DNA from: a virus
Virus record (IMG/VR): IMGVR_UViG_3300025876_000039
Reading direction: 5' to 3' (one strand)
Length of the DNA stretch: 44,476 nucleotides
Positions within the stretch are counted from its first letter, which is position 1. Every line of letters starts with the position of its first letter. The translations under genes and the position numbers were made by a program. This document shows, in pieces, positions 25,414-34,543 of this stretch. The notes under the pieces are model-generated. The model was not told the origin of the DNA, ran no database searches, and was given only the letters and a program-made list of their open reading frames with translations.

Positions 25414-26454
25414 TTAGTAACTGAAATATAAAATCTCTTTAGGGCGTTTAGCAATAACACCTGTAAATTGACCATAAGCAACTGAGCTAAAATCAAAGCT
25501 ATTAGAAGTTCCAAAAGAAGTAGAAGTGTAGTCAATCGGTATATTCATTTCTAAAGTTTGTGAGTCGTTTTTGTAAAGAACATATCTTTCAACACCTAAT
25601 CCACTTCTTGAGTTTTTAGCATAAGCTAGAGACTTAATTGCAAAATTAGGATTATCAGTACCAGCTTGGAAAGCTTCTAATAATACTTGTAACTTTGTTT
25701 TATTAAAAAAGCCTGTGCCTGTAACATATTGACTTAAGCCCCTGTAATCGTCACTAGGAACGATAAAGGTATTAGGCAATTCTGTTTCATTAGTAGATGC
25801 AGCGTAAGCATCCAATAAATCTTTAACCAAGTCATTGATCTCTGTTGAAGTCATGCTTGATATTGATTTAGTGATAGCTGCTGTGTTATTGGTAACGCCT
25901 GATAAGTTCAACAAACCTTCCATACCAAGACCACTAACCCCAAGTACCGAAACTTTCTGCAAACCTAAATCCCAGTTTTTTTTCTGAGCTTGCTCTCTTT
26001 GAGTTATAAGAGATATAGCTGATCCCATATTCTTAGCGGCTTGATTGACTTCGACCATTGAATAATCAACTTCTTTAGCCCAGAAGAAAGTAGGGAGCCT
26101 TTTTGCATCATAAGCAACATCAGATTTAGGCTTTCTAGTTCCTGTTCCTTGACCCATAATACCTTCTTCAAACTTGCCCGATAATTCAAAGCTAGTGTAA
26201 TAAAGGAATTCATTGGAAAAAGCACCTTCACCCACTTTTACTGGTACATAATCAGCAATAGGGAACTGGTAAAACTTTTGTTGAATTACTTCTTGCTTGA
26301 TAGTGGTTAGGGTATCGATAGTTTGTTCATAACCAGCTGGAGCTGCATTATAAAGAGCCTTTGATTTACTGTTTTGAACAGATGAAACCAAAGAGCCATC
26401 AGCTAGATTGCCAGCTTCAAGTCCTGCAATCATGTTAAAAATCTTGTTAGACAT
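25414..26454 (-). CDS. Major capsid protein
   Basis: 346 aa. Gene order is portal, MuF, scaffold, 147-aa decoration-like protein, then this gene, typical of the DUF1073/DUF2213/DUF2190/DUF2184 head module. Confidence 0.8.
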   Translation of the reverse strand: MSNKIFNMIAGLEAGNLADGSLVSSVQNSKSKALYNAAPAGYEQTIDTLTTIKQEVIQQKFYQFPIADYVPVKVGEGAFSNEFLYYTSFELSGKFEEGIMGQGTGTRKPKSDVAYDAKRLPTFFWAKEVDYSMVEVNQAAKNMGSAISLITQREQAQKKNWDLGLQKVSVLGVSGLGMEGLLNLSGVTNNTAAITKSISSMTSTEINDLVKDLLDAYAASTNETELPNTFIVPSDDYRGLSQYVTGTGFFNKTKLQVLLEAFQAGTDNPNFAIKSLAYAKNSRSGLGVERYVLYKNDSQTLEMNIPIDYTSTSFGTSNSFDFSSVAYGQFTGVIAKRPKEILYFSY

Positions 26455-26484
26455 TTTAAGTATATATTAAATTAAAATTAATGA

Positions 26485-26928
26485 TTAGTTAGTTTTGATT
26501 AAAACTCTTACCAAGTCGCCATCAGCAGTAGCTTTATCCAAAGCACGACCGATAGTAGTTCCTGTTGATTGAGTAGCTATTTTATCACCAGTCAATACGG
26601 CTTCAACTGCTGCACCTTTAGCAATAGCTGCGGAGGCTTCCATAATTACAACTGAGTTTGCAAAGGCTACCCTTACAAAATCATCAGCAACAAAAGAAGA
26701 TTTTTTAACCTCGTAAAGAACAACACCGAAAATGTCGTTAGTTATTGCAGCCGCTTTATCTACAGTTACAATGCTTCCAGCTTCATCTTGTATTACTACA
26801 ACTGAGCCACCTACTAGGGTATCACTTGAACCACTAGCTACTTTTGCATTCAAAACATTTGGATTGAAAGCCAAATCCAAAATACCTTTCTCGGTAGTTT
26901 GTGAAAATTGGTTTAATTCTTGAGCCAT
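26485..26928 (-). CDS. Head decoration / cement protein (DUF2190-like)
   Basis: 147 aa, Ala/Val/Gly-rich beta-type sequence, immediately upstream of the capsid gene. Confidence 0.55.
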   Translation of the reverse strand: MAQELNQFSQTTEKGILDLAFNPNVLNAKVASGSSDTLVGGSVVVIQDEAGSIVTVDKAAAITNDIFGVVLYEVKKSSFVADDFVRVAFANSVVIMEASAAIAKGAAVEAVLTGDKIATQSTGTTIGRALDKATADGDLVRVLIKTN

Positions 26929-26960
26929 TTTCTTATAAAAATTTAGTTAATAAAAAATAA

Positions 26961-27947
26961 TTACTTTGAAGAGCCATATAGACTCTTACCAAGTGCGAAT
27001 TGCGAAATGTCAGTTGATATTTTAACCTTTCTCGCTTCTGATGAGTTCTCAAATTTAGCCTTAGCTGCCTTTATTTCCTCAAAATCTTTAGAGTTCTTTT
27101 TGACCTCTTCTTTTTCCTTTTTTTCTTTTTCTTCATTTTTTTTCATCTCATCTTCTTTTTTCTTATCATCTTCTTCATTTTCCTTTTTCTTGTCTTCTTC
27201 ATCTTCTTCATTTTTCTTCATCTTGTTTTTGTAAGCAGATACCAAGTCTTTGACCTTTATAAGCTTGCCGTCAATTTCTAATTCATCTTCTGCATTGACT
27301 TTTTTATTTTCTTCTTCCTCTTTTCTTTTTTCTTCCTCTTTGGCATTTTTGTAAACTTCTACCATATCGTTTAATGGTATTGTTTTGCCTTCTTCTATTT
27401 CAAAAAGAGCATTCTCTATTTCAAGCTCTTTAGTTTTTATAGAGTTTTTCTTCTCTTCTTTTTTAAATTTGAAAATAGTCATAACTTTTTCTTTAATTGA
27501 GTTTTTTAAAATTAAGGCATCCTCATATCGAGGGTTAGCCACTATTGCCAAGTGGATTGCTTCTAAACAATCTACTATCTCGTTATCATAAGCTATATTA
27601 TGATAAGTTCCTGCTGTCGGTATTACCTTCGCACTATATGCGCAACTTACCGAATATCCTTTTTCATTGATTAAATCTATTGCTTCTTGACTAGTTATAA
27701 CAACATCGCACCAAGCCCAGCCGTCTTGCATCCATACTTTAGATACATAGCCTACAATTTCCTCTCTATCTTCTTCTGTTAAGTCTTGATGTTCTATAAC
27801 TACATAGACGCCCTTAAACTTCTCAGCTATCTTGGCTAAATTCTCTTGCTTAATTATAGACAAGCTATCTTCATACTGAACAAGTCCAGCTTCAAGAAAT
27901 CTTGATGTATAGGTCTGACCCTTTAAAATAGAATTTTCTTTTTTCAT
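26961..27947 (-). CDS. Scaffold / prohead maturation protein (DUF2213-like) with K/E-rich coiled-coil tail
   Basis: N-terminal YTSRFLEAGLVQYED...VVIEHQD block, then a long KKKEDEMKKNEEKEKKEKEE low-complexity region. Confidence 0.6.
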   Translation of the reverse strand: MKKENSILKGQTYTSRFLEAGLVQYEDSLSIIKQENLAKIAEKFKGVYVVIEHQDLTEEDREEIVGYVSKVWMQDGWAWCDVVITSQEAIDLINEKGYSVSCAYSAKVIPTAGTYHNIAYDNEIVDCLEAIHLAIVANPRYEDALILKNSIKEKVMTIFKFKKEEKKNSIKTKELEIENALFEIEEGKTIPLNDMVEVYKNAKEEEKRKEEEENKKVNAEDELEIDGKLIKVKDLVSAYKNKMKKNEEDEEDKKKENEEDDKKKEDEMKKNEEKEKKEKEEVKKNSKDFEEIKAAKAKFENSSEARKVKISTDISQFALGKSLYGSSK

Positions 27948-28273
27948 TAAGAAATAGTAGCTATAGTTGATTCAGTATTAATGCCTGTAAACACAAGTTC
28001 TGTAGATGTCCCTGATTTTTGCACAATGCATATATAATTAGGTATTGACTCTACCGCCTTTATATCAACATCATCCGCTACCAAAGCCATTTTAGTACTA
28101 ATGTTTGCGAGAGTAAGTCCGACTGGCTCTTTTTCTGATCCGTAAACAGTTAGAAGACCTCCAACGCTAGTAATTCTAGGTTTAATTGATTCACCTAACC
28201 CTGATGGGCTAGCTAATCTAATTAGATATAATGTATTAATTAATACATCTCTTTGATATTTTCTTAATGCCAT
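27947..28273 (-). CDS. Hypothetical head-module protein
   Basis: 108-aa ORF tightly packed between the MuF-like and scaffold genes. Confidence 0.6.
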   Translation of the reverse strand: MALRKYQRDVLINTLYLIRLASPSGLGESIKPRITSVGGLLTVYGSEKEPVGLTLANISTKMALVADDVDIKAVESIPNYICIVQKSGTSTELVFTGINTESTIATIS

Positions 28274-29230
28274 TTAATCGTCAAAAATTGGAATGGCTAC
28301 ACAACGACAACCGTAATCTTCTTGCGGATTGTTGCGTGCGCCTGTTTCTTTATTAGTTATAGGAGGATTAGCAAAGCTGAATATCTTGCCGTTGAGTTGC
28401 TTATGATCTTCTCTTGTTCTTGAGTCCCGAGATGTTGACCATTTATATTGAGTAATACCAAGTTCTAAATATTTAGATTCTTTGTATTTTGCAGTAAATA
28501 AACCGATTTCTTGTTTTGCTAAGAAACTAGCTTTATTTTTACTGATCCCAAATTCTTTTAATATATCATCTTTTAATGATTCTGCTCTTATGCCTGCAAA
28601 AACATTTTTTTCAATCTGACCCCTAAGCTTTAAAACTTCCTTTTCTGCAAAGTCTTTTATATATAACTCTAAGTTATTTGTAAACTCTTGAGCTATCTTA
28701 AGCTTCTGATCTTCTGTTGTGATTATATTTAATCCAACAACATTAGAAGCCGATTTTACTAAATCTTTATCTAGTCTATTTAAAATATCAACATATTTTT
28801 TATTTAATTGAAAATCTTTTATTGATGCGTCAATATTGATATTATCTAATTTAGTAACCAAGCTTTCAGCTAATTGTTGACCTGCTAGGACTGCCCTACC
28901 TACTGTTAGCTGTATTGTTGGTGGCAATTCATTTATATTTGCCTTTATCCTTCTAGTTCTTGTGTCAAAATTAAAACCTAGATTTTTAAAAGCTTTGATC
29001 AGTGATATGTTAAAATTACCTGCAAAATAATTATCTTTGTATCCTATCTTGCCAGTTCTAATGGCTGTAATTATCAAATCATCGCTTGAATTGTAATATA
29101 GCTTTTGTTTTTCTTCTAACTCATCAAGTAAGGGCTGAAATAGGCTTTTTTTAAAGAAAGCTAGTATCTCTTTAGCTATCCTTTCTTCTTCTATTGCTGG
29201 AGTTATAACTGGCTTTAATGTTTTAACCAT
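28274..29230 (-). CDS. Mu F-like / SPP1 gp7-like minor head protein
   Basis: C-terminal WSTSRDSRTREDHKQLNGKIFSF...GCRC is the Phage_Mu_F signature. Confidence 0.75.
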   Translation of the reverse strand: MVKTLKPVITPAIEEERIAKEILAFFKKSLFQPLLDELEEKQKLYYNSSDDLIITAIRTGKIGYKDNYFAGNFNISLIKAFKNLGFNFDTRTRRIKANINELPPTIQLTVGRAVLAGQQLAESLVTKLDNINIDASIKDFQLNKKYVDILNRLDKDLVKSASNVVGLNIITTEDQKLKIAQEFTNNLELYIKDFAEKEVLKLRGQIEKNVFAGIRAESLKDDILKEFGISKNKASFLAKQEIGLFTAKYKESKYLELGITQYKWSTSRDSRTREDHKQLNGKIFSFANPPITNKETGARNNPQEDYGCRCVAIPIFDD

Positions 29231-30503
29231 TAATTTGAGTCATTAAAATATTACGCTTGTTTATTTCTTGCGTGGCTTCTTCTATTGTGATTACGCCCCT
29301 ATCTACCATTGACAAGATATTATTTATCACAACATTATTCATATTGGCTTCTTGCTCTGAATTAAGCTCTCTTAATGGATTATAGCCAATCTTTATATCA
29401 TAAACCTCAGTATCAAATAACTTCTTGGCGTATAACTTAACTATCTTAGCTATAGTGTTATCGTTCTTGCCTCTTATTTCTGCTTCAATCATAGAGTTGT
29501 AATTTTCTATTGAATCTTCACCCGATGCAAAGCCACTTGCGGATTGCCCAAAGAGTTTATTTATTGGCATTTTAACATCACTAGCAATAGCTATTCTTAT
29601 TTCTCTTAATACTTCCGCTAATCCTGTAAATGTTTGTGTTTTTTGCTCGTAATCATCATCTTTATCTTTGATAATAGCGTTTTGATATGATTTAACTTGA
29701 TTCATCATTTGAATTGACTTCAATACCTTTTGAGTACCTTCAGGCGTTCCTATTGTTTGGTGGAAGTTTTTTAAACCGTAAACATCAACCTTTGCCTCAT
29801 CTAGCAAATCAAATATAACATTGTTATTTTTAAGAAATTGATTAAAGCTAATAATAACCCTTTCAACCTCACTCATACCCCAACCCCTCAATTGTGGTCT
29901 TAGTAGTGATGGAGCTGTCTTGCCCTTTATAGCAATAACTCTTGAAGGATCTAGTTTATTACCATAATAATAGAAATCATGCTGCCCACTTCCTGCAATG
30001 TATGGCTTTTCTTCAGTATAGCTACCAGTGCTTGATCTGTTTAGCTCCCATAAATCAGCGGCGTAAATCTCTAGTGGAGTATTTTTATTTATTTGAGTTA
30101 TTCTTAGCGGGCTATCAGACTTACCAACTGTATTAATGATTATACCACTACCACCGAATAACCTTTCCCACCTCATGGCGTCTTTTATGGTATTTAAAAC
30201 CCCTTCATCTTGTAAGAATTTTTGCAAGTCAGATATATCATCATCATCTAACATTTCAGATTTAATCTGTATCCCACCTTTGAAGCAATCTTCAATAGGC
30301 TGGTCAATCAAAGTTTGAATAATACCATAAGTAGAATAAGCATAAGATAGGGTTGGTCGGTCATTACTTACTAGATAAGTACGATTATTGAGCCTTAGCG
30401 TTTCTGTGCTTGATACCTGTTTATCAGTAGCTAAACCGAAAGCTAAGTCGGTTAATCCGTTAAGGGTATAGGAAGCGTGATAATTATCTTTTTTCTTAGC
30501 CAT
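29223..30503 (-). CDS. Portal protein (DUF1073-type)
   Basis: ~426 aa, between TerL and the MuF-like gene. I take the ATG at 30503 as the start; the ORF track extends to a TTG at 30506. Confidence 0.75.
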   Translation of the reverse strand: MAKKKDNYHASYTLNGLTDLAFGLATDKQVSSTETLRLNNRTYLVSNDRPTLSYAYSTYGIIQTLIDQPIEDCFKGGIQIKSEMLDDDDISDLQKFLQDEGVLNTIKDAMRWERLFGGSGIIINTVGKSDSPLRITQINKNTPLEIYAADLWELNRSSTGSYTEEKPYIAGSGQHDFYYYGNKLDPSRVIAIKGKTAPSLLRPQLRGWGMSEVERVIISFNQFLKNNNVIFDLLDEAKVDVYGLKNFHQTIGTPEGTQKVLKSIQMMNQVKSYQNAIIKDKDDDYEQKTQTFTGLAEVLREIRIAIASDVKMPINKLFGQSASGFASGEDSIENYNSMIEAEIRGKNDNTIAKIVKLYAKKLFDTEVYDIKIGYNPLRELNSEQEANMNNVVINNILSMVDRGVITIEEATQEINKRNILMTQING

Positions 30504-30504
30504 C

Positions 30505-30540
30505 AATAGAGTTTTAAGCGTCCCTGCTGGCTACTCTATT
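30505..30540 (-). promoter_or_regulatory. 8-bp stem hairpin abutting the portal start codon
   Basis: AATAGAGT (30505..30512) pairs with ACTCTATT (30533..30540) around a GC-rich 20-nt loop. On the minus-strand mRNA the 3' arm ends 1 nt before the AUG. Confidence 0.4.
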
Positions 30541-30578
30541 ATTGGATAAAAAAAAATCAATAGAAAATAAAAAAGTTC

Positions 30579-30607
30579 TTGAGTATTAAAAAATGATTAA
30601 TTATATA
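30579..30607 (+). promoter_or_regulatory. Candidate sigma70-like promoter TTGAGT-N17-TATATA
   Basis: TTGAGT at 30579..30584 and TATATA at 30602..30607. Oriented against the late operon. Confidence 0.35.
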
Positions 30608-30614
30608 AATTAAT

Positions 30615-30702
30615 AGCTGGCTTGATCACCAGTCCTTTCTTGTTCCACTAGAACAATACAATATGCTATTTTATAAGGCGGTAGCAATACCGCTTTATTT
30701 TT
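30615..30702 (+). ncRNA. Candidate ~85-nt small RNA (three hairpins, the last an intrinsic terminator)
   Basis: Stems CTGG/CCAG (30617..30632), TTGTTC/GAACAA (30640..30656) and GCGGTA-GCAA-TACCGC (30678..30693), followed by TTTATTTTT. The T-run is present only in the + orientation. Confidence 0.3.
30678..30702 (+). terminator. Rho-independent terminator (+ orientation)
   Basis: GCGGTA-gcaa-TACCGC stem-loop followed by TTTATTTTT. Confidence 0.55.
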
Positions 30703-31086
30703 AAAGTATAAGTTTAAATGAATAAGAAGGAAAAAATAGCGCATTGTAAAATAACCAGCAAATTAAAAGAAGTGGTTGTCGGATTCTAGTGACTTAACAG
30801 TGATAAACTTATCCAAATTTTACAATTAAGCTCCTTAACTGATCGCTAAGTTCTGTTTGCAAAGTGAAATAAAACCTTCCTAGTGGTCGTATGCTTGGCT
30901 TTGGGAGGATAAAGTGGAGGTAATGCTCCGACAGTGATTGCTTTATAGCAAGGATTCAGAAGTAATATTATATTAGGGAGAAAATCACCTGCCCGTTTTA
31001 CATCATTTGTGAAAATCTTGTAAAATCTTCTAAGCATATTTTGTTAAAGGACTTTGCGATAACTCAAAAGCATGACTTTTCAAAAT

Positions 31087-31112
31087 AACCCTTTTTAATC
31101 GAAGGGTTTTTT
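31087..31112 (+). terminator. Rho-independent terminator (mainly + orientation, possibly bidirectional)
   Basis: AACCCTT-tttaatcg-AAGGGTT followed by TTTT(G). On the minus strand the stem is followed by ATTTTG. Confidence 0.55.
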
Positions 31113-31176
31113 GCGTCTAAACAATGCTCAAATCTAAAAGCATAACATTAAGTTAATAGTAAATACATTATAGCAC

Positions 31177-31205
31177 TTGACATATTAAGAAAAATATGAT
31201 ATACT
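31177..31205 (+). promoter_or_regulatory. sigma70-like promoter TTGACA-N17-TATACT
   Basis: TTGACA at 31177..31182 and TATACT at 31200..31205, 30 nt upstream of the ATG at 31235. Confidence 0.45.
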
Positions 31206-31234
31206 TGATTTATTACTAATAAAATTAAAAAAAT

Positions 31235-31399
31235 ATGAAAATCCAACACACAATAAAAGAATTAGCAATCATTGAATTATTTAAAGGTCAAGAATTAACT
31301 GGTCAAGCTGCTGAGACTTACAGTCGTTTGATTAACTTGATTAATAGCAATGCTCTTGAGAGATCAAAAAGGCAAGCTGGTTATTATTGGAGTAAATAG
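31235..31399 (+). CDS. 54-aa ORF convergent with terminase (not in the ORF track; tentative)
   Basis: MKIQHTIKELAIIELFKGQELTGQAAETYSRLINLINSNALERSKRQAGYYWSK. Has its own consensus promoter. Its stop lies 1 nt from the TerL stop. Confidence 0.4.
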   Translation: MKIQHTIKELAIIELFKGQELTGQAAETYSRLINLINSNALERSKRQAGYYWSK

Positions 31400-31400
31400 G

Positions 31401-32699
31401 CTACAAGACATCCCAGATAGATATATTTTGCTTGATATAATCCACTAAAGCATATCTAATAGCATCTATCCCATGATCCCAGCCAGCAGTATCATTAACA
31501 ACTGGCAATACTTCTTTAGTGTTTTTGTCGATCTTATAAGAATAGTTTTGAAACTCTTCTAAAACCTTCTTGCAGTCTTCGTGAATTATAACTTTATTAA
31601 ATCCTTTAATATATTCTATACCATCAATTATTAAGCTGCTTTTAGTCTCACCCTCACTCCTATCACTAGACTTTGAAGCCCCTTCTATGTTAAAACCCCT
31701 TCTAGCTAGATAAGATATAGTTTCAGGTCTTGAATTATCCGCTTTTATTTGCCACCTTCTGCTATCAGGTATTTGATCAAATAAGGCTGGTAAGTCATCT
31801 ATTTGTGTTTGATATCCGTAAATCTCTTTATCAATATATAAATTATTATCCATTATAAATAATCTAATTAACACTGTAGGATCATTAGCAAAGCCCCAGT
31901 CTGCACCATAAAACAATCTATTCATATATAGATCGTTTATTGGTGGCGTTTCAAACTTAGCAACCTCATATTTGCCACTAAATATAATCTCTTCAGGATT
32001 CCCGATTGGTATTCCTCCGTATTCGTGCTGGTAAGCTTCAAAGTTATTTATCTTTAGCTTTTCTGCGTCTGCAAAAAACTTCTCACCGAGCCAATGTCTA
32101 GGGACTTCTTGATAATTAGAATGATGAATTAATCTATCATCATTTATTTCATCTTGGACTTTATTTACCCAGTGATTAGGGTTTCTTGGTGGGTTGTAGG
32201 TAAAGAACTCAACAAACTTATCACCACCCCTTAAAACTGATTGCTTGACACTTCTTATTTCTTCTAAGCCGCTGTATTCCTCGCCTTCTTCGAACCATAA
32301 ATATTTAAAATAACCTTTTCTTAATTTGATTGATTTTAACTTGCTAGGCTCATCTAAACCCCGCATAATTATTTTTTGTCCAGTTGGCAAATAAGTTATT
32401 TCAGAAGGGGATTTAATATGATCAAAGTATTTATCCACCCCTAGCATATCAATAGCGAATAATAGCGTTTCTAAAACCGAAGTCCTTATTGTATTAGCTG
32501 TTTTTCTGATAGCGATTGCATTGGCTGTAGGGTCGTTTATTATACCCAAGATTATTTGCTCTGCAACAAAGGTTGATTTAGTGCTACCCCTGCCGCCTCG
32601 TAGCCAAAACTCGTTGTAAGTCTCGTCTCTAATATCTCTATGGACTTGATGAAACGATGGAGCTATTATTTGAGATAATTTAATATCATTAGAGATCAT
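31401..32699 (-). CDS. terL: Terminase large subunit (PBSX/Terminase_3-like)
   Basis: Walker A LRGGRGSTKST, Walker B-like YLWFEEGEE, and a C-terminal nuclease region with AGWDHGIDAIRYAL. Confidence 0.9.
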   Translation of the reverse strand: MISNDIKLSQIIAPSFHQVHRDIRDETYNEFWLRGGRGSTKSTFVAEQIILGIINDPTANAIAIRKTANTIRTSVLETLLFAIDMLGVDKYFDHIKSPSEITYLPTGQKIIMRGLDEPSKLKSIKLRKGYFKYLWFEEGEEYSGLEEIRSVKQSVLRGGDKFVEFFTYNPPRNPNHWVNKVQDEINDDRLIHHSNYQEVPRHWLGEKFFADAEKLKINNFEAYQHEYGGIPIGNPEEIIFSGKYEVAKFETPPINDLYMNRLFYGADWGFANDPTVLIRLFIMDNNLYIDKEIYGYQTQIDDLPALFDQIPDSRRWQIKADNSRPETISYLARRGFNIEGASKSSDRSEGETKSSLIIDGIEYIKGFNKVIIHEDCKKVLEEFQNYSYKIDKNTKEVLPVVNDTAGWDHGIDAIRYALVDYIKQNISIWDVL

Positions 32700-33072
32700 C
32701 TTTTATAACTCTTGGCAATAGGTCGCCACCATCTTTGGCTGTCAATTCATTTCTTAAACTAAACTCTTCTTTGCATTTCCTTTCTAGCCACCATTTGGAG
32801 CTTATATCATCGCCTTCTTTTATCTTGTTTACAATATTCATTTTAGCCTTTATATCTACGCTTTTTCTTACTGCGTTCATTTCGTCAACAAAACTGGGGT
32901 GCCTTTCACTATGATTATAATAAGTCTGCTTTGAAATCTTTGTGAAAATACAAGCTTGATCGATAGTAAGTCCATTTGAAAAAGCTGTTTTAAATTCTTT
33001 GACTTTATCAGGCGTTATTGCCTCAGGTCTTCCAGCGTCTTTATGCAAATGTTTAGGCTTCTTTTTAGTCAT
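32689..33072 (-). CDS. terS: Terminase small subunit (HTH type)
   Basis: AGRPEAITPDKVKEFKTAFSNGLTIDQACIFTKISKQTYYNH...SKWWLERK. Directly upstream of and overlapping TerL. Confidence 0.7.
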   Translation of the reverse strand: MTKKKPKHLHKDAGRPEAITPDKVKEFKTAFSNGLTIDQACIFTKISKQTYYNHSERHPSFVDEMNAVRKSVDIKAKMNIVNKIKEGDDISSKWWLERKCKEEFSLRNELTAKDGGDLLPRVIKDDL

Positions 33073-33073
33073 A

Positions 33074-33844
33074 TTATTTGTTAATAAAAGCTTTTAATGG
33101 ATAAAACACTAGTGAATTGCGATAACCTCCTTTAGCATAATTTTTTATAGGAGTTACGGCGTGCATATTTCTCCAAGCTGGGTAGACAAGCATTGAATTA
33201 TCTGATTGGTCAAATACTGCGTCATAATCAGGAACGACCAAATTGTTCCCCTCACTACCTTTTCTTTTTGTGATAATAACATTCAAAGAATTAGGTATAT
33301 TTCCATTGTCAACGTGAAAATCTGCGTTAATATTAAAATTAGATATAGAGCTGGTAAATATATTGCCAATTTTCCACTTTGGATCCACCTCATTATCAAA
33401 TAAATTTTTTATATAACCATATTGTTTTGGCATATATTCTTGTATTATTTTTTCGCTTTCCTTAGCTAATAATAACATACCTTTTATAAAATTTTGTGCC
33501 GTCTTCACTTGGTGAACAGAAGATAAAGATGGATAAGGTCTTCTCATGTGAGGTTTAGGAGGTATAGAGCCTATAATTGTCGAGTATTGCAATACTTCAT
33601 TACTTGGGTCAGTAAAGCCGCTCGACCTTTTCATTACAGATTTAGGAACTCTTTTACTCCTTAACTCTGTATCACATAAATTCGCTAACTTAGATATTTT
33701 ATTGGGCAAGTTTTTAAGGAAAAATCCAACAACTTCTCCATTTTCAATTAATAAACAAGAATCTAAGATATTGGGATTTAATTCTGGACTTTTACCTCCA
33801 GTTTTAAAGCCGTGAGGATGCTTTTTAAGTAAAATCTTATCCAT
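33074..33844 (-). CDS. TET/JBP-family 2OG-Fe(II) dioxygenase (nucleic-acid base oxygenase)
   Basis: FHVDNGNIPNSLNVIIT (HxD: H177/D179), NMHAVTPIKN (H228) and RNSLVFY (R242) parallel the TET blocks HRDxHN..GST.V, LHATTP and R.SLVFYQH. Confidence 0.75.
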   Translation of the reverse strand: MDKILLKKHPHGFKTGGKSPELNPNILDSCLLIENGEVVGFFLKNLPNKISKLANLCDTELRSKRVPKSVMKRSSGFTDPSNEVLQYSTIIGSIPPKPHMRRPYPSLSSVHQVKTAQNFIKGMLLLAKESEKIIQEYMPKQYGYIKNLFDNEVDPKWKIGNIFTSSISNFNINADFHVDNGNIPNSLNVIITKRKGSEGNNLVVPDYDAVFDQSDNSMLVYPAWRNMHAVTPIKNYAKGGYRNSLVFYPLKAFINK

Positions 33845-34509
33845 TATAAATTGCCTTTTTCTTGTTTTAATTTATCTAATAAAAATTTTCCTATATACAT
33901 CTCTTTACTTCTCCAAAATTTAACTAACTCTGAAGCTTCTTCGTAATGATCGGAGTTAAATTCTATCTGAATTGCCTTTTTAACATCACTAGACATATCA
34001 TTTAATCTTTCGTTATCTTCTTCATCTAAAAGTGAATAATCTATATTATTTTCACCAATTTCTATATGCAAATCTTGAATTTCAACATCTATGTCGTCTA
34101 AATTAGTATTTAACCCTTCTAGCCAATTTTTTAAATTATCTTCATTGATTGGATTAGTTTTTTGATTAAAAACTTGTAATAAATATTTTATAGCTGTTTT
34201 TTTGTTTGGCAAATCTAAGAAGGTGCAGTTTAACTTACTTGGTATATTGTAGCCTTCTGATTCTAGTTCTATTAAAATATCTTTGCGGCAATGCCCGTCT
34301 ATAATATAAATCTTATCTTCATCTTGCCACACATAAATTGAGCTTGCGAAGCCGTTACTAATAATACTTTGCTTAACTTTCTCACTATGGTAATTATTTT
34401 TAAGATTAACTGGCTGTAAATCTTGCAAATCTTGCCAAGTAACTCTTTCAGTTTTTAAAATTAAGTCTTTTATTTGCATTTTGAATATTTGTTGCTGTTT
34501 ATTTAACAA
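33844..34509 (-). CDS. ParB N-terminal (ParB-like nuclease) domain protein
   Basis: ...IYVWQDEDKIYIIDGHCRKDIL is a DGHHR-type ParB/Srx motif. Acidic C-terminal half. Confidence 0.7.
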   Translation of the reverse strand: MLNKQQQIFKMQIKDLILKTERVTWQDLQDLQPVNLKNNYHSEKVKQSIISNGFASSIYVWQDEDKIYIIDGHCRKDILIELESEGYNIPSKLNCTFLDLPNKKTAIKYLLQVFNQKTNPINEDNLKNWLEGLNTNLDDIDVEIQDLHIEIGENNIDYSLLDEEDNERLNDMSSDVKKAIQIEFNSDHYEEASELVKFWRSKEMYIGKFLLDKLKQEKGNL

Positions 34510-34543
34510 TAATTTGACTTTTTAAAATAGCAATATATTAAAA

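Noticed and set aside
26961-27350. K/E-rich low-complexity stretch as a separate repeat element
   Set aside because: It is the coiled-coil tail of the scaffold-like protein (26961..27947). Such tails are normal for scaffolding proteins, and the nucleotide sequence has no exact repeat unit.
30846-31037. 63-aa minus-strand ORF inside the TerL-portal gap
   Set aside because: Its composition is odd (MLRRFYKIFTNDVKRAGDFLPN...PPLYPPKAKHTTTRK). It has no coupling to neighbouring genes, and it spans the region with the strongest RNA-like complementarities. I treat it as probably spurious, though homologue comparison could revive it.
30780-31086. RNase P RNA, tmRNA or group I intron identity for the structured island
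   Set aside because: GGGAGGATAAAGTGGAGG loosely recalls the RNase P GAGGAAAGUCC block. However, the other conserved regions, a tmRNA T-arm/tag ORF and intron core elements are all absent. No class assignment is justified by eye.
2350-33403. Antisense or alternative-frame track ORFs inside longer genes. The list: 2350..2685, 2685..2867, 5460..5645, 6713..6934, 8664..8876, 8836..9018, 13078..13266, 17585..17866, 19580..19882, 21474..21701, 21994..22179, 22840..23175, 23224..23409, 24514..24702, 25232..25417, 26004..26231, 26732..26923, 27007..27234, 27385..27591, 29942..30136, 30136..30318 and 33206..33403
   Set aside because: Each is nested opposite to, or out of frame with, a longer ORF that has recognisable phage-protein features and operon-consistent packing. 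Their products are low-complexity (S/F/L/I-rich), typical of reverse translation of AT-rich coding sequence.
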